A DNA stretch of 64,000 nucleotides, taken from Candidatus Aenigmatarchaeota archaeon (GTDB lineage: Archaea > Thermoplasmatota > Thermoplasmata > Halarchaeoplasmatales > Halarchaeoplasmataceae). Shown one piece after another: positions 21,115 through 31,640 of the stretch. How positions within the stretch are numbered: the stretch's first letter is position 1; each line of letters opens with the position of its first letter. The translations under genes and the position numbers were made by a program. Under the pieces are notes generated by a model. It was not told where the DNA came from. It searched no databases and saw nothing but the letters and a program-made list of their open reading frames with translations. The stretch spans positions 24,586-88,585 of the forward strand of contig JBKHKA010000004.1 of assembly GCA_046537845.1 (NCBI GenBank). Direction: 5' to 3'.

Positions 21115-22279
21115 TTTGAGAGACGTAGCTATAATCGGTGTTGGTGAGACTCAGATCGGCGAACTTTGGGACAAGTCACTGAGAGAACTCGGGATCGAAG
21201 CCGGTCTGAAGGCCTTGAAAGATGCGGGTTTGAAAGGAGATGAAGTCGAGAAACTTTATGTTGGTAACATGTCCGCGGGTAAGCTGATAAATCAGGAACA
21301 TGTGGCACCTTTGATAGCGGATTATGCCGGTTTCAGTGATATCCCATCTATCAGGATAGAATCAGGAAGCGCCTCGGGTGGAATGGCCCTTGCAGAGGGT
21401 TACAAGGCTGTTGCCTCCGGGATGGAAGACCTCGTGGTGGTGGGAGGAGCAGAGAAGATGACCGACGTGGGCGAACAGGAAGCCAAAGACATACTTTCTT
21501 CTACCGCGGACCAGGAATGGGAGACCGTCTTTGGATCCACTTTCGATTCATTGTATGCTATGATGGCCCGGTATCATATGAACGAATTCGGAACCACGAA
21601 GGATCAGTTAGCTCAGGTCGCTGTGAAGAACCATTCCAATGCGGCAAAGAACCCCAATGCGCAGTACCCCCGTGAGACTTCGAAAGATTTCGTAAAAAAC
21701 GCGCCCATGGTCGCTGATCCGTTGGGTATGTTCGACTGCGCTCCGATCTCCGACGGTGGTGCGGCAGTGGTCCTATGTCCCGCTGACCGGGCTGACACTT
21801 TCCGAGGAGAGCCGGTGAGCATCGTCAGTCTGGGCCAAGGCGGCGATTATATGGCCGTTCACGAAAGGGAAAATATAGGTACCATGGAAGCCACGAAAAG
21901 GGCCGCCAAAAAAGCTTACCAGAGAGCCGGTATAGCTCCAAAAGACATCGACTTCGCAGAGGTCCACGATAACTACACCATAACTGAAATAATGTCCATT
22001 GAGGATCTGGGATTCTTTGAAAAAGGTGAGGGCGGACCTGCGACTGAAGAAGGAAAAACTGAACTCAACTCTGAGATCTCTATCAACATATCCGGCGGTC
22101 TTAAAGCGAAAGGACGTCCTGTGGGTGCCGTTGGCCTCAACCAAGCGGTGGAAGCTGTTCTGCAGTTGAGAGAGGATGCCGGTGGGAGGCAGGTAGAAGA
22201 CCCTGATTACGGGATGATCCACAACATCGGAGGGACCGGAGCAAGTGCCATAGTCCATATTTTGAGGAGGTGGTCATGA
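21107..22279 (+). CDS. Archaeal-type acetoacetyl-CoA thiolase (SCP-x-like thiolase)
   Basis: [12 protein letters not shown]...GGAEKMTD matches the thiolase fold. It overlaps the HMGCS stop. GTG start. Confidence 0.85.
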   Translation: MHNLRDVAIIGVGETQIGELWDKSLRELGIEAGLKALKDAGLKGDEVEKLYVGNMSAGKLINQEHVAPLIADYAGFSDIPSIRIESGSASGGMALAEGYKAVASGMEDLVVVGGAEKMTDVGEQEAKDILSSTADQEWETVFGSTFDSLYAMMARYHMNEFGTTKDQLAQVAVKNHSNAAKNPNAQYPRETSKDFVKNAPMVADPLGMFDCAPISDGGAAVVLCPADRADTFRGEPVSIVSLGQGGDYMAVHERENIGTMEATKRAAKKAYQRAGIAPKDIDFAEVHDNYTITEIMSIEDLGFFEKGEGGPATEEGKTELNSEISINISGGLKAKGRPVGAVGLNQAVEAVLQLREDAGGRQVEDPDYGMIHNIGGTGASAIVHILRRWS

Positions 22280-22698
22280 TGCCTATACCGAGGTTCTGGA
22301 GAGAGATCAAGCAGAGGTATAAAGGGATTGGTTCGCGGTGCAAAAATTGTGGAGTGATATACTTCCCCCCCAGGAAGATCTGTCCTGAGTGCAGGAGAGA
22401 GAGTTTCCAGAACATGGAAGAATATGAATTGGAAGGAAAAGGTGAAGTGGTCACTTTTACAGAAATACACGAACCTCATCCGGAATTCGAGATGCTCACC
22501 CCTTATATCATGGCGATAGTCGAGATGGAAGAAGGCGTGAGACTTACAGGACATCTTGTTAATGTGGAGATGGGAGACGTTGAGCCAGGTATGAAAGTGG
22601 AGGCGACCATGAGAAAACTCGGAGAAGAGAGCAGTAAAGGTCTGATATACTATGGATACAAGTTTTGGCCTCTTGAATCCAAGAAGAACGACGACTGA
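22270..22698 (+). CDS. DUF35 OB-fold/Zn-ribbon protein (scaffold of the thiolase/HMGCS complex)
   Basis: A CKNCGVIYFPPRKICPEC zinc ribbon is followed by an OB-fold. The probable ATG is at 22276. Confidence 0.85.
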   Translation: MVMMPIPRFWREIKQRYKGIGSRCKNCGVIYFPPRKICPECRRESFQNMEEYELEGKGEVVTFTEIHEPHPEFEMLTPYIMAIVEMEEGVRLTGHLVNVEMGDVEPGMKVEATMRKLGEESSKGLIYYGYKFWPLESKKNDD

Positions 22699-22746
22699 AA
22701 AGGTCACACAGTAAAATTTAAAAATTCATGCATCTTCTCCTCCGCC

Positions 22747-23235
22747 ATGGATGTAATAGATGCGATCAGGGAAAGAAGGAGTATCAGGGATTATACAGGC
22801 GAAGCGATAGAACAAGAGGACCTAGAACAGATGTTGGATGCCGCTAGACGGGCTCCATCCGCGAAGAACTTACAGCCGTGGAAATTCGTCGTGGTTATCG
22901 ATCCATATGTGCTTGAGGATCTCGTTCCCGCGTGCCGCAATCAAGCTTTCGTGAAGGATGCAGGTGCTTTCATAGTCGGATTGATAGAGGACAAAAAATG
23001 GGCCGAGATCGACCTCGCTATAGCCCTAGATCATTTATCACTTGAAGCGGTCGAACTGGGATATGGTAGCTGCTGGATAGGAGCTTTCAAGGAAGAAGCT
23101 TTGCGGGAAAAATTGGATATACCTGAGGATCACCAGATAAAGGTCTGTATGACCATCGGCGTACCGGGCGAGTCACCTCGTCCACCGACGAAGAAAACGA
23201 TGGATGAACTGGTGGACTGGGTGGAGATAGAATAG
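22747..23235 (+). CDS. Nitroreductase family protein
   Basis: IRERRSIRDY...SAKNLQPWKFVVV matches the nitroreductase N-terminal signature. Confidence 0.8.
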   Translation: MDVIDAIRERRSIRDYTGEAIEQEDLEQMLDAARRAPSAKNLQPWKFVVVIDPYVLEDLVPACRNQAFVKDAGAFIVGLIEDKKWAEIDLAIALDHLSLEAVELGYGSCWIGAFKEEALREKLDIPEDHQIKVCMTIGVPGESPRPPTKKTMDELVDWVEIE

Positions 23236-23245
23236 GGTTATACCA

Positions 23246-25273
23246 CTACTCTGATCCTAGATACTTGTCGAACCAGTCTATCATCTCTTGTAATCTTTTC
23301 ATCCTCTGTTTTGGTCTACCGTTCCTTGAAAGGTCGTGATTTTCATCTTCGAAGAGGATCACCTTGCTCTCAACGCCGTGGAGTTTCATGGCTGTGAACA
23401 TCTGGAGAGGCTCGCTTTCCCAGCACCTGTAATCTTTTCTAGAATGGATGAACAATATGGGTGTACCGGCTTCGTCCGCATGTTTCAAAGGGGATCTATC
23501 CCAAAGCTCTTCAAAATCAGTCCAGGGCGTTTCTTCCAATTGGTCCTCAACGAAGTAATAGCCGATATCGGTGGTACATCCCATGGAGATCCAATTGGAT
23601 ATACTCCTTTGTGAAACGGCAGCTTTGAATTTATCGGTTTGAGTAATGATCCAATTCGTCATGTACCCTCCGTAAGAACCGCCGGTCACGCCCAAGTTTT
23701 CCTCGTCGATAAAGTCAAAATTCTCTTCCGCAGCTTCCACGACGTTCATGAGGTCCTCGAAATCTTCTCCGCCGTATTTTCCGAGTATATCAGCAAACTG
23801 ATTGCCTTTCCCCGAACTGCCCAAGATGTTGGATAGAACGACCACGTAGCCGTGCTCCGCCAGAACTTGAAGTTCGTGGAACAGGATCTCTCCAAAAACT
23901 GTTTTTGGTCCTCCATGGATTTCGAGTATGGTGGGATAGCTCTTATCCTTGTTTTCATCGAAATCCACTGGTTTAATAATCCATGCATCGATCTCCTTTC
24001 CGTTGGATTCTACTGTGAAATGTTCTTGTGGGGCGATCTTTTTTTCTACCCCGTTGAAGTCGGTTATCCGTTCTTCATCTTTTAGTTCGATGTCTAGTCT
24101 GTAGAGCTCTTGGGGTCTCTGGTCTTTAAAGCTTATATGAGCCACTTCATCTTTTTGGATATCAAAGAAATCGACGGTACCTCTAAAGTCGGTGAGCTTT
24201 TTTACTCCTTCCTTCAGATCGAATCTGTACAGATTCACAAAGTGGTCTTCGGTCGCTGTGAAATAATATCTTTCGTCTTCTACCCGGGCGGAATCTCCAC
24301 CACCGAATCTCAAGTCCGTGAGAACTTTATTACCTATGTCTTTGTTCATCTGGGTCTCCTGCTCCATCCTTTCTTCTTCAAGATCGTAGATGTAGAGTTC
24401 TTTATTGGTGTTCAGCCCCATCTCTTCCATGTCCGTAGCTTCAAAGATTATCTTATCTCGTTTCAAAAATCTCACTCGTTCTATGGTCAGTTCTTCCTCG
24501 GTCAGTTTTGATAGTTCATCTTTCTCCAGGTCCAAGTGGTAGATGTAATTCACGGGCTCCATCTTATCTTTGTATTCGACCATGTTCAGACAGATCTGCT
24601 TTTCTTTCACGTCGAAGTCCTGTATGCTTTTATAACCCCCTAAAAGGAGCTGCATCTCTTTTGTTTCAAGGTCATATGAGTATAAGTGGTTCCTCTTTTT
24701 GTTGCTGAAGCCGGTTTCATTGGACCAGAAAGGTATTTCATCTAATTCATGGTAATCTTCGCCTTCTTTGAGTTCGCTCTCTTCTTTTTCTTCCTCTTTT
24801 TTCTCTTCTTCCTTCTTTTCTTCTTCAGCTTTGACTCCCTCGTCCTCTATTTTTTCTTGGACCGTGAGATATAGAGAGGAATCGTGTATCTTCATGCTGG
24901 AGACATTCTTTTTTATTGTATCGAGGTGCTGAGCTTCTCCTCCACGTATGTTTATCTTGAAAAGTTTAGTTTTTTCCGCTGTTTCTTTTTCCTCTTTTTC
25001 TTCCTTTTTTTCGCCCTCCACACCCATATCTCTTTCGGATATGAACAATATCTCTTCTTCGCTCAGCCATACGAAATCTTTGTCCTTCCCGCTGTTGGTC
25101 AACTGCCAAAGTTCTTTTTCTTCCTCTTCAAAGATCCATATATTGCTTTTGTATTCGTTCTCCTTCATATCCATAGTGTGTTTATTGAAGGCAATGTGAC
25201 ACTTATCAGGAGAGAATCGAACGTTCGAGAGAAAGTCAAAATCTTCTAGGTCCTCGATATCTAAACCCGTCAT
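23246..25273 (-). CDS. S9 family serine peptidase (acylaminoacyl-peptidase / prolyl oligopeptidase-like) with EK-rich low-complexity insertions
   Basis: The C-terminal alpha/beta hydrolase has GGSYGGYMT (GxSxGG nucleophile elbow). The N-terminal region is a beta-propeller. Runs such as KKEEKEEKE and EEEKKEEEKKEEEKEE are inserted. Confidence 0.8.
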   Translation of the reverse strand: MTGLDIEDLEDFDFLSNVRFSPDKCHIAFNKHTMDMKENEYKSNIWIFEEEEKELWQLTNSGKDKDFVWLSEEEILFISERDMGVEGEKKEEKEEKETAEKTKLFKINIRGGEAQHLDTIKKNVSSMKIHDSSLYLTVQEKIEDEGVKAEEEKKEEEKKEEEKEESELKEGEDYHELDEIPFWSNETGFSNKKRNHLYSYDLETKEMQLLLGGYKSIQDFDVKEKQICLNMVEYKDKMEPVNYIYHLDLEKDELSKLTEEELTIERVRFLKRDKIIFEATDMEEMGLNTNKELYIYDLEEERMEQETQMNKDIGNKVLTDLRFGGGDSARVEDERYYFTATEDHFVNLYRFDLKEGVKKLTDFRGTVDFFDIQKDEVAHISFKDQRPQELYRLDIELKDEERITDFNGVEKKIAPQEHFTVESNGKEIDAWIIKPVDFDENKDKSYPTILEIHGGPKTVFGEILFHELQVLAEHGYVVVLSNILGSSGKGNQFADILGKYGGEDFEDLMNVVEAAEENFDFIDEENLGVTGGSYGGYMTNWIITQTDKFKAAVSQRSISNWISMGCTTDIGYYFVEDQLEETPWTDFEELWDRSPLKHADEAGTPILFIHSRKDYRCWESEPLQMFTAMKLHGVESKVILFEDENHDLSRNGRPKQRMKRLQEMIDWFDKYLGSE

Positions 25274-25372
25274 CTTATCCCTATCCGAGAAAGACTTGCC
25301 CCTTTTAATCCTTTTCGAAATTTATCGGAGTAAAAATGAACAAAAAGATTATTATCTTTCTCACCTAATCTG

Positions 25373-28300
25373 TTGATGATGTCCCAACCGGATCTAGATA
25401 TCAAGGAACTCATCCTCCTTCATCTGAAAATGTATGAAAAAAAGAAGTCCTCAGAGAACGAAAGGAGCGATAAAGTCCCTCTTCATCTCTCAGAATCGAG
25501 TATAGCGGATTCCATAAATAAAAATCCGACCGAAGTTTCTGAAGCACTTCAAGAACTGCAAACAGAGAGGTTGATAGAACCCTCAGTGGAGAAGATCAGG
25601 GGTAAGGACCGGAAGAGAAGGGTATATTCTCTCTCTGACCAGGGATCGGAAAAAGTCAGCAAGCTTTGGAAAGAGATCAAAAGAGAATCCATCAAAGTGG
25701 AGACAGGGAGCGGCCAAAAAGAGATCCGGCTTGAAGAATTGGATACATACATAGGCAAAAAAGATGCTTTTGCCTCTGCACTCTCGAAGCTCGATCAAGA
25801 AGGGGTATTAGACCTTTCAGATATGAATGAAAAAGACAAAGAGACATTCGTGGGACGTAAGGAAGAGCTGGAAGAACTCGCGGATGAACTCGACGATGTT
25901 AAAAGAAAAGGATCCCGTGTTCTTTTCATAGAGGGTGAAGCTGGAGTCGGAAAGACGACCCTTATAAACGAGTTCAAACCTTTTGCCCTAAAAGAGGATT
26001 TTGATTTTCTACACGGGGGTTGTTACAGCGATATCTCCGAGCCCTTTTTGCCCTTCAAGGAAGCCTTCGAAGATTACATGGAAAATGAGTCGGAAGAAGA
26101 TGTGTCTCCTCTATCCTTTATTGGTGCTCCAAAAGGACCAGAGATAGAAGATAAAAAGATGTTCGACGCACAGAGGCAGGCCACTTTCCATAAGACGACT
26201 CAGGAGATCAAGAAGATCGTCTCTCAAAATCCTTTGGTGATCTTTTTAGACGATATGCATTGGACAGATCAGGCGACTCTACAGATTTTGGGTTACATTG
26301 TTGATAATCTTCAGGAAGAGAGTATATTGTTCATCTGCACCTATAGGCCTGAGGACGTCGAAGAAGGTCATCCTTTGAAAGAGATGATACACCGATTGAA
26401 AAGGAGAGACTTATCTGAAAAGCTGACTCTTTCACCTTTGGGTGAGAGAGCTACAAGAGATATAATAGTAGATGAGACCGGCGTGAGTAAAAAACACATC
26501 CCAGAAAGATTTGTTAAGACGATCCATCATAAAACTGACGGCAATCCCCTGTTCGTCAAAGAGTATATGAACGAGATGATAGAAAGAGGCGCTATCGAGC
26601 CCGAAAAGAGAGTCTTTCCTGGGTCTGTAGAAGATATGGACGTTCCAGATGTAGTTCTGAGTGTGATAGAGAGGAGAGTAGATAGACTAGACGATAAAAC
26701 CAAGAAGGTTCTTGAATTAGGCAGTATAATCGGTGAGGAGATACCTTTTTCTCTCCTTCTCAAAACTTCTTCTATGGATGAGTTTGACCTGTTGGATCAT
26801 ATAGATGTGCTGACAGAGAACAGATTGTGGCATGAATCTATAGAGGGGGGTAGATTCTATTTTCATCATGACCTGATAAGGGATGCAGTCTATCACGCGC
26901 TGATGGACAGGAAAAGGAGAGTATACCATAAAAAGGTGGCCGAAAATATAAGAGAAGTATATTCTGAGGATATAGAACAAAAATACTTACCATTGGCTAG
27001 GCACTATGAAAGGGCTAAAGAGTTTAAACAGGCTTTAGATCATTACCTTAAAGCAGGGAAAAAAGCAGAAGGAGTCTATGCTCATGAAGACGCCATCGAA
27101 TGTTATAAGCAGGCATTGAGTGTAGGGGAGCAACTGTCCGAGGAAGATGTCAAGGAAGAGGGAAGAGAAAAGATAATTGAAACCTTGGAAGAGCTCGGAA
27201 ACGCTTTCCAGATAATCGGAAAAGGGGGAAAAGCTGTAGAGACTTATCGAAGAGCTTTGAGAAAAGTGGAGAGGTCTCAAAAGGAAGCCGATCTGCACCG
27301 AAAGATAGCGGAAGTTCGAGAAAAAGAGGCCGAGTATGATAAAGGTTTAGAACGATGTGAGAAGGGGATGAAAGCCGCGGAGAGAGATGCAGAAGAGGTT
27401 GTAGAGCTACTGAACACGAAAGGCTGGATATTTTTCAGAAAAGGGTCCTACGATGAAGCTGAAAAATTTTTGAACGAAGGTATGGAGATCGCCGAAGAAG
27501 TGGGGAACGAAAAACTCATCGCGGAGACACTCCACAAGCTTGGATCAGTACACTTTGGAAAGGGAGATTACGAGAGGGCATTAGAGCACCTCAAAGAGGC
27601 ATTGAGCATCAGGAAGAGTATAGGGGATGAAGCGGGGATGGCAAAATCCATCAATAACATAGGGACCGTGTATTGGAACAAAGGAGACCTAGATAAAGCT
27701 CTACAGCTCTTCAAACAGAGCTTGGAACTCGAGAGGAAGATAGGGAATAAACAGGGCATAGCTCAATCTCTCAATAATATCGGGACCATCTATTGGAACA
27801 AAGGCGAGCTCGACCGGGCCCTTGAGAATTATGAGAAGAGTCGAGAGATATCTAAGGAGATCGGGGATGAAGCAGGTATAGCGAATACACTCCATAATAT
27901 GGGATTGATCCATTATAACAAAGGAGACTTAGAGAAGGCTCTCCAAGACTATAAAAGGAGTGTTGAGATCAAAGAGAATATAGGTGATAAAGAGGGGCTT
28001 ACAGGGTCTCTTACGGGCATTGGAGATGTGTATGCTGAGAAAGAAGAGTTCGAAAAGGCAGAGGAAAATTACTGGAAGAGCATCGAGATCTGTTCTGAGA
28101 TAGGAAATAAGGTAGAACTGGTATCGAATCACACTGGATTGGGAGAGGTAAAAATAGAGAAAGAGAATATGGAGGATGCGCTCAGACACGCAAAACAAGC
28201 GGTCGAGTTATCCACTGAGCTCGGCATGAAAAATAAAGAAGGTATGAGCCGCCGTGTTTTGGGGACGGTTTATCGAGAAAAGGGAGACTTAGAGAAAGCG

Positions 28301-28546
28301 GTCGAGGAGTTCAAAGAGGCCATGAAGACCCTACATGGGATCGGCAGCCAGGTGGAGAAGGCGAAAGCCACATATGAATATGCTCACACCTTCAAGGAGA
28401 AAGATGAAGATTCTCTCGCTGAGGGTTATTTTAGCAACGCTCTCGAATCGTTTGAGAAGATGGGCATGGGTCTATGGAAGGAAAGGTGCGAGGAAGCTCT
28501 AGCAGAACTAGATACTAATGGATTTCAAAAAAATAAAAAAGAATAA
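25373..28546 (+). CDS. STAND-class NTPase: N-terminal winged HTH, AAA_16-type P-loop ATPase and a C-terminal TPR repeat array
   Basis: FVGRKEELEELADELDDVKRKGSRVLFIEGEAGVGKTTL is the Walker A context. The C-terminus has at least 8 TPR_12-like repeats (IGDEAGMAKSINNIGTVYWNKGDLDKALQLF...). Confidence 0.8.
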   Translation: MMMSQPDLDIKELILLHLKMYEKKKSSENERSDKVPLHLSESSIADSINKNPTEVSEALQELQTERLIEPSVEKIRGKDRKRRVYSLSDQGSEKVSKLWKEIKRESIKVETGSGQKEIRLEELDTYIGKKDAFASALSKLDQEGVLDLSDMNEKDKETFVGRKEELEELADELDDVKRKGSRVLFIEGEAGVGKTTLINEFKPFALKEDFDFLHGGCYSDISEPFLPFKEAFEDYMENESEEDVSPLSFIGAPKGPEIEDKKMFDAQRQATFHKTTQEIKKIVSQNPLVIFLDDMHWTDQATLQILGYIVDNLQEESILFICTYRPEDVEEGHPLKEMIHRLKRRDLSEKLTLSPLGERATRDIIVDETGVSKKHIPERFVKTIHHKTDGNPLFVKEYMNEMIERGAIEPEKRVFPGSVEDMDVPDVVLSVIERRVDRLDDKTKKVLELGSIIGEEIPFSLLLKTSSMDEFDLLDHIDVLTENRLWHESIEGGRFYFHHDLIRDAVYHALMDRKRRVYHKKVAENIREVYSEDIEQKYLPLARHYERAKEFKQALDHYLKAGKKAEGVYAHEDAIECYKQALSVGEQLSEEDVKEEGREKIIETLEELGNAFQIIGKGGKAVETYRRALRKVERSQKEADLHRKIAEVREKEAEYDKGLERCEKGMKAAERDAEEVVELLNTKGWIFFRKGSYDEAEKFLNEGMEIAEEVGNEKLIAETLHKLGSVHFGKGDYERALEHLKEALSIRKSIGDEAGMAKSINNIGTVYWNKGDLDKALQLFKQSLELERKIGNKQGIAQSLNNIGTIYWNKGELDRALENYEKSREISKEIGDEAGIANTLHNMGLIHYNKGDLEKALQDYKRSVEIKENIGDKEGLTGSLTGIGDVYAEKEEFEKAEENYWKSIEICSEIGNKVELVSNHTGLGEVKIEKENMEDALRHAKQAVELSTELGMKNKEGMSRRVLGTVYREKGDLEKAVEEFKEAMKTLHGIGSQVEKAKATYEYAHTFKEKDEDSLAEGYFSNALESFEKMGMGLWKERCEEALAELDTNGFQKNKKE

Positions 28547-28568
28547 GGTTGTTGAGATAGAGAATATC

Positions 28569-30254
28569 TTAGTACGGCAGTTCGTCGTGCTCTTCTAAGT
28601 ACTCTTCTTCCGCTCTATCTCTTAGTTCGGTCCGCCGGATCTTACCGCTTATCGTTTTGGGCAGTTCATCCAAGAATTCGATCTCTCTCGGGTACTTGTA
28701 AGGAGCGGTGACCTCTTTAACGTGATCCTGGAGTTCTTTGACCAGTTCTTCACTCGGCTCGTATTCATCGTTCAGGATTATGTACGCTTTCACTATCTTT
28801 CCCCTGACCTCGTGAGGAGCTCCTATGACTGCGGGTTCCTGTACGGCCGGATGTTCCTGAAGAGCGCTTTCGACCTCGAAGGGACCGATCCTGTAACCGG
28901 AAGCTTTGATGACCTCGTCGGCTCGACCGACGAACCAGAAGTATCCGTCTTCGTCCTTGTAGGCTCTGTCTCCCGTATAGTACCAATCACCTTCGAAGAC
29001 GCTAGCGGTCTTATCTTCGTCCTTCCAGTACTCTTTGAAAAGACCCGGTGGTCTTTCAGGTTTCACCTTAAGACCGATATGGCCTTCCTCTCCGGGAGGT
29101 AACCTTTCCTGGTTATCATCTATTATGTCTACTTCGTGCCCCGGAGTGGGTTTACCCATAGATCCGGGTTTGACCTCCATCGTTGGATAATTAGCTACGA
29201 GTGCTACACTTTCCGTCTGACCGTAATAATCGTAGATGCGCAAGCCGGTGTAATCTTCCCACTTATCTATCACATCGGGATTTAGAGGTTCGCCGGCACT
29301 GAGACAGTGACGGAGGGAGCTGAGATCGTAACTTTCTACGTCCTCGTTGATCATCATCTTGTATATGGTGGGTGGGACGCAGAAAGTCGTTACGTTATAA
29401 TCCTGGATGATCTTGAGGGCTTTTGTTGGATCGAACTTACCTGTTATGTTCTGCTGTACCACCGTTGCACCGACGATCCACTGGCCAAAAAGTTTGCCCC
29501 AGACAGCTTTTGCCCAGCCATTATCGGCTATGGTCCAATTGATGTCCTCTTTACGGAGATCTTGGACGTACCTCGCCGTGACTTCGTGACCCAAAGGATA
29601 GGAATGTGTATGCAGGACCATCTTCGGCTTCCCGGTAGTGCCAGAAGTGAAGTATATGAGTAAAGGATCGTCGCTCTTCGTGGGTTCGACTTCTTCCCTA
29701 TCTAAGTCGGAAGACGCCCTGGCCATCAGATCTTCGTAATTTTCCCAACCGTCCTTATCTTCCTCAGAGTTAATGAGGATAAAGTTCTCTAGTGAAGACA
29801 TCTCCCCTTCATCTCTGACTTTTTCTACCTTTTCATGATTCGACCAGTCCGTCACGATAGTACTCGCCTCTGACCTTTCGATCCTGTAAGTGATATCTTC
29901 AGGAACAGCTAGATTGGGCGTCGGGATGGGAACCACCCCGATCTTCATCATGCCAAGCATGACCACGTACCACTCAGGGATCCTGTGGATGAGGACCTTC
30001 GCTCTATCTCCCTTCTTCATCCCCTTCTCTCTGAGGACATTCGCAAATTTATTGGATAGCTCACTGAGTTCTTTGAAGGTGTGCCGCTGAACTTTTTCTC
30101 CTGAATTGTCTATAGATATCAGCGCGTCTTTGTCCGGCATCTCCTTAGCTCTTTCATCTACCTCATCAAAAGCGAAATTGTAGTACTCTGGAATATCCCA
30201 TTCAAATTCCTCTGTCACCTTTTTATAATCATACATATTATGTTCTTCTGTCAT
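28569..30254 (-). CDS. AMP-forming acyl-CoA synthetase (medium-chain fatty acid--CoA ligase family)
   Basis: YFTSGTTGKPKMV is the AMP-binding motif. YGQTE and the C-terminal region TGDRAYKDEDGYFWFVGRADEVIK are also present. Confidence 0.85.
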   Translation of the reverse strand: MTEEHNMYDYKKVTEEFEWDIPEYYNFAFDEVDERAKEMPDKDALISIDNSGEKVQRHTFKELSELSNKFANVLREKGMKKGDRAKVLIHRIPEWYVVMLGMMKIGVVPIPTPNLAVPEDITYRIERSEASTIVTDWSNHEKVEKVRDEGEMSSLENFILINSEEDKDGWENYEDLMARASSDLDREEVEPTKSDDPLLIYFTSGTTGKPKMVLHTHSYPLGHEVTARYVQDLRKEDINWTIADNGWAKAVWGKLFGQWIVGATVVQQNITGKFDPTKALKIIQDYNVTTFCVPPTIYKMMINEDVESYDLSSLRHCLSAGEPLNPDVIDKWEDYTGLRIYDYYGQTESVALVANYPTMEVKPGSMGKPTPGHEVDIIDDNQERLPPGEEGHIGLKVKPERPPGLFKEYWKDEDKTASVFEGDWYYTGDRAYKDEDGYFWFVGRADEVIKASGYRIGPFEVESALQEHPAVQEPAVIGAPHEVRGKIVKAYIILNDEYEPSEELVKELQDHVKEVTAPYKYPREIEFLDELPKTISGKIRRTELRDRAEEEYLEEHDELPY

Positions 30255-30450
30255 AGTAATCGGCGGTTAATTCAATGAAAGTGATAGATAAATTTTTTCC
30301 TTTAGATGGGGCGAAAAATGTAAGGTCTCTATGTTTGATGGAGAGGAGATATATCCCATACACCAGATATGACCGCCCTATCCGCAGGGCTCTGCACGAG
30401 GATAAAGTGGATGTGGATCCTCGTTCCAGTCGGTCGAGTATAATAAAATT

Positions 30451-31389
30451 TTATCTTTTTGATTGATGATCCCGTTTTTCAAGATAAACTAGAACTCCTT
30501 CTGTATTCATCCTGAAAATATGTTGTATCCTCTCATTGCCTCCCTCTCCTCTTTCCTTCACTAGGTGTCTGTATTTTCTCGTCATCTCCTCGATGATATC
30601 TTTTTTATCGTCTAGATCAACAGTAGCCTGCTCTATCTCATTTACCCATTCCTCCAATAAATTCTCATACCTGCTTAATTTTCCGTAAGGCTCACTGGTC
30701 CATCCTTTATGAGAGTAGAATAGGCGATCCAAGTCGAGGCCTTTGAGCTTAGAGAGACTCTCTTTGTTCTTCTCTAAATCGAAATTTGGAGGAGGTGTAG
30801 TGGGGAAAAACATGTCCTCTTCGGGATAATATCGACCCGCAACATCTCCTACCGCTAAGGACTTAGTCTTTCTTTCATAGTAACATGTATGGTGGGGAGC
30901 GTGGCCGGGAGTATATATGACCTGGATAGAGTGGCCTGCCCCCAAGTCGAATCTCTCTCCTCCAGTGACGGGCACTATATTCTCATCAGGGATAGGTTTG
31001 ATATCTCCAAAGTATTTGAAGGCTTTGCCGGTAATCTCCTCGACACTCTTTTTCAATCTTGTTGGATCAACCAGATGTTCACTCCCCGATTCATGGACCA
31101 CGACTTCAGCGTCAGGATATCTATCTAAAAGAAATCCAGCCCCACCGGAGTGGTCCATATGGATGTGAGTAAGCATTATGTAATCTAACTCTTGAACCCC
31201 AATATTGGATAGATCTTCGGCTATCTTCCTGACGGCTAGGGAATTACCCGATTCGAGGAGGACGTTCTTTTCTGCATCTATCAAAAAACAAGATCCTTCG
31301 CTGAGCCCATAACGGTCCTTTCCGACTACATATATATTATCGAGGGCGTCCACCATTTTCAATTTTTTTCTAACCATGCTATTTTTCAC
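30451..31389 (-). CDS. MBL-fold metallo-hydrolase
   Basis: LTHIHMDHSGG is the HxHxDH metallo-beta-lactamase motif. Confidence 0.75.
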   Translation of the reverse strand: MKNSMVRKKLKMVDALDNIYVVGKDRYGLSEGSCFLIDAEKNVLLESGNSLAVRKIAEDLSNIGVQELDYIMLTHIHMDHSGGAGFLLDRYPDAEVVVHESGSEHLVDPTRLKKSVEEITGKAFKYFGDIKPIPDENIVPVTGGERFDLGAGHSIQVIYTPGHAPHHTCYYERKTKSLAVGDVAGRYYPEEDMFFPTTPPPNFDLEKNKESLSKLKGLDLDRLFYSHKGWTSEPYGKLSRYENLLEEWVNEIEQATVDLDDKKDIIEEMTRKYRHLVKERGEGGNERIQHIFRMNTEGVLVYLEKRDHQSKR

Positions 31390-31479
31390 TTCCTTTTATT
31401 TTCCTTTGATCAAGGGAGTCGGGAAAGTAGGTTAAAGACCTTTTATAGTCAAAGACACGACTTTCTTTTAATTTTCAAG

Positions 31480-31640
31480 TGTTCTTGACTAGTTGTGGAT
31501 GACGAAGTGGAAGTAAACCTCCACATACTCGCAAGACACCTGTCTTGCTCACGCAACGCAATTACAAATAATCACGAGTGTCTTCGACCGAGTGAGGACG
31601 AGGGAAATATTCCTCAAAGTTGCGTTTTCCACTATAATTC
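31480..31640. other. Structured segment inside a 446-nt non-coding spacer: two strong local hairpins plus a long-range 7-bp pairing. Possible leader or ncRNA.
   Basis: GTGGAagtaaaccTCCAC runs 31507..31524. GCAAGACAccTGTCTTGC runs 31531..31548. AACGCAA (31555..31561) pairs with TTGCGTT (31620..31626). Confidence 0.2.

Noticed and set aside
30275-30466. 63-aa ORF between the acyl-CoA ligase and the MBL hydrolase
   Set aside because: It has no recognisable motif or start context. The region is better explained as a convergent-gene 3' spacer.
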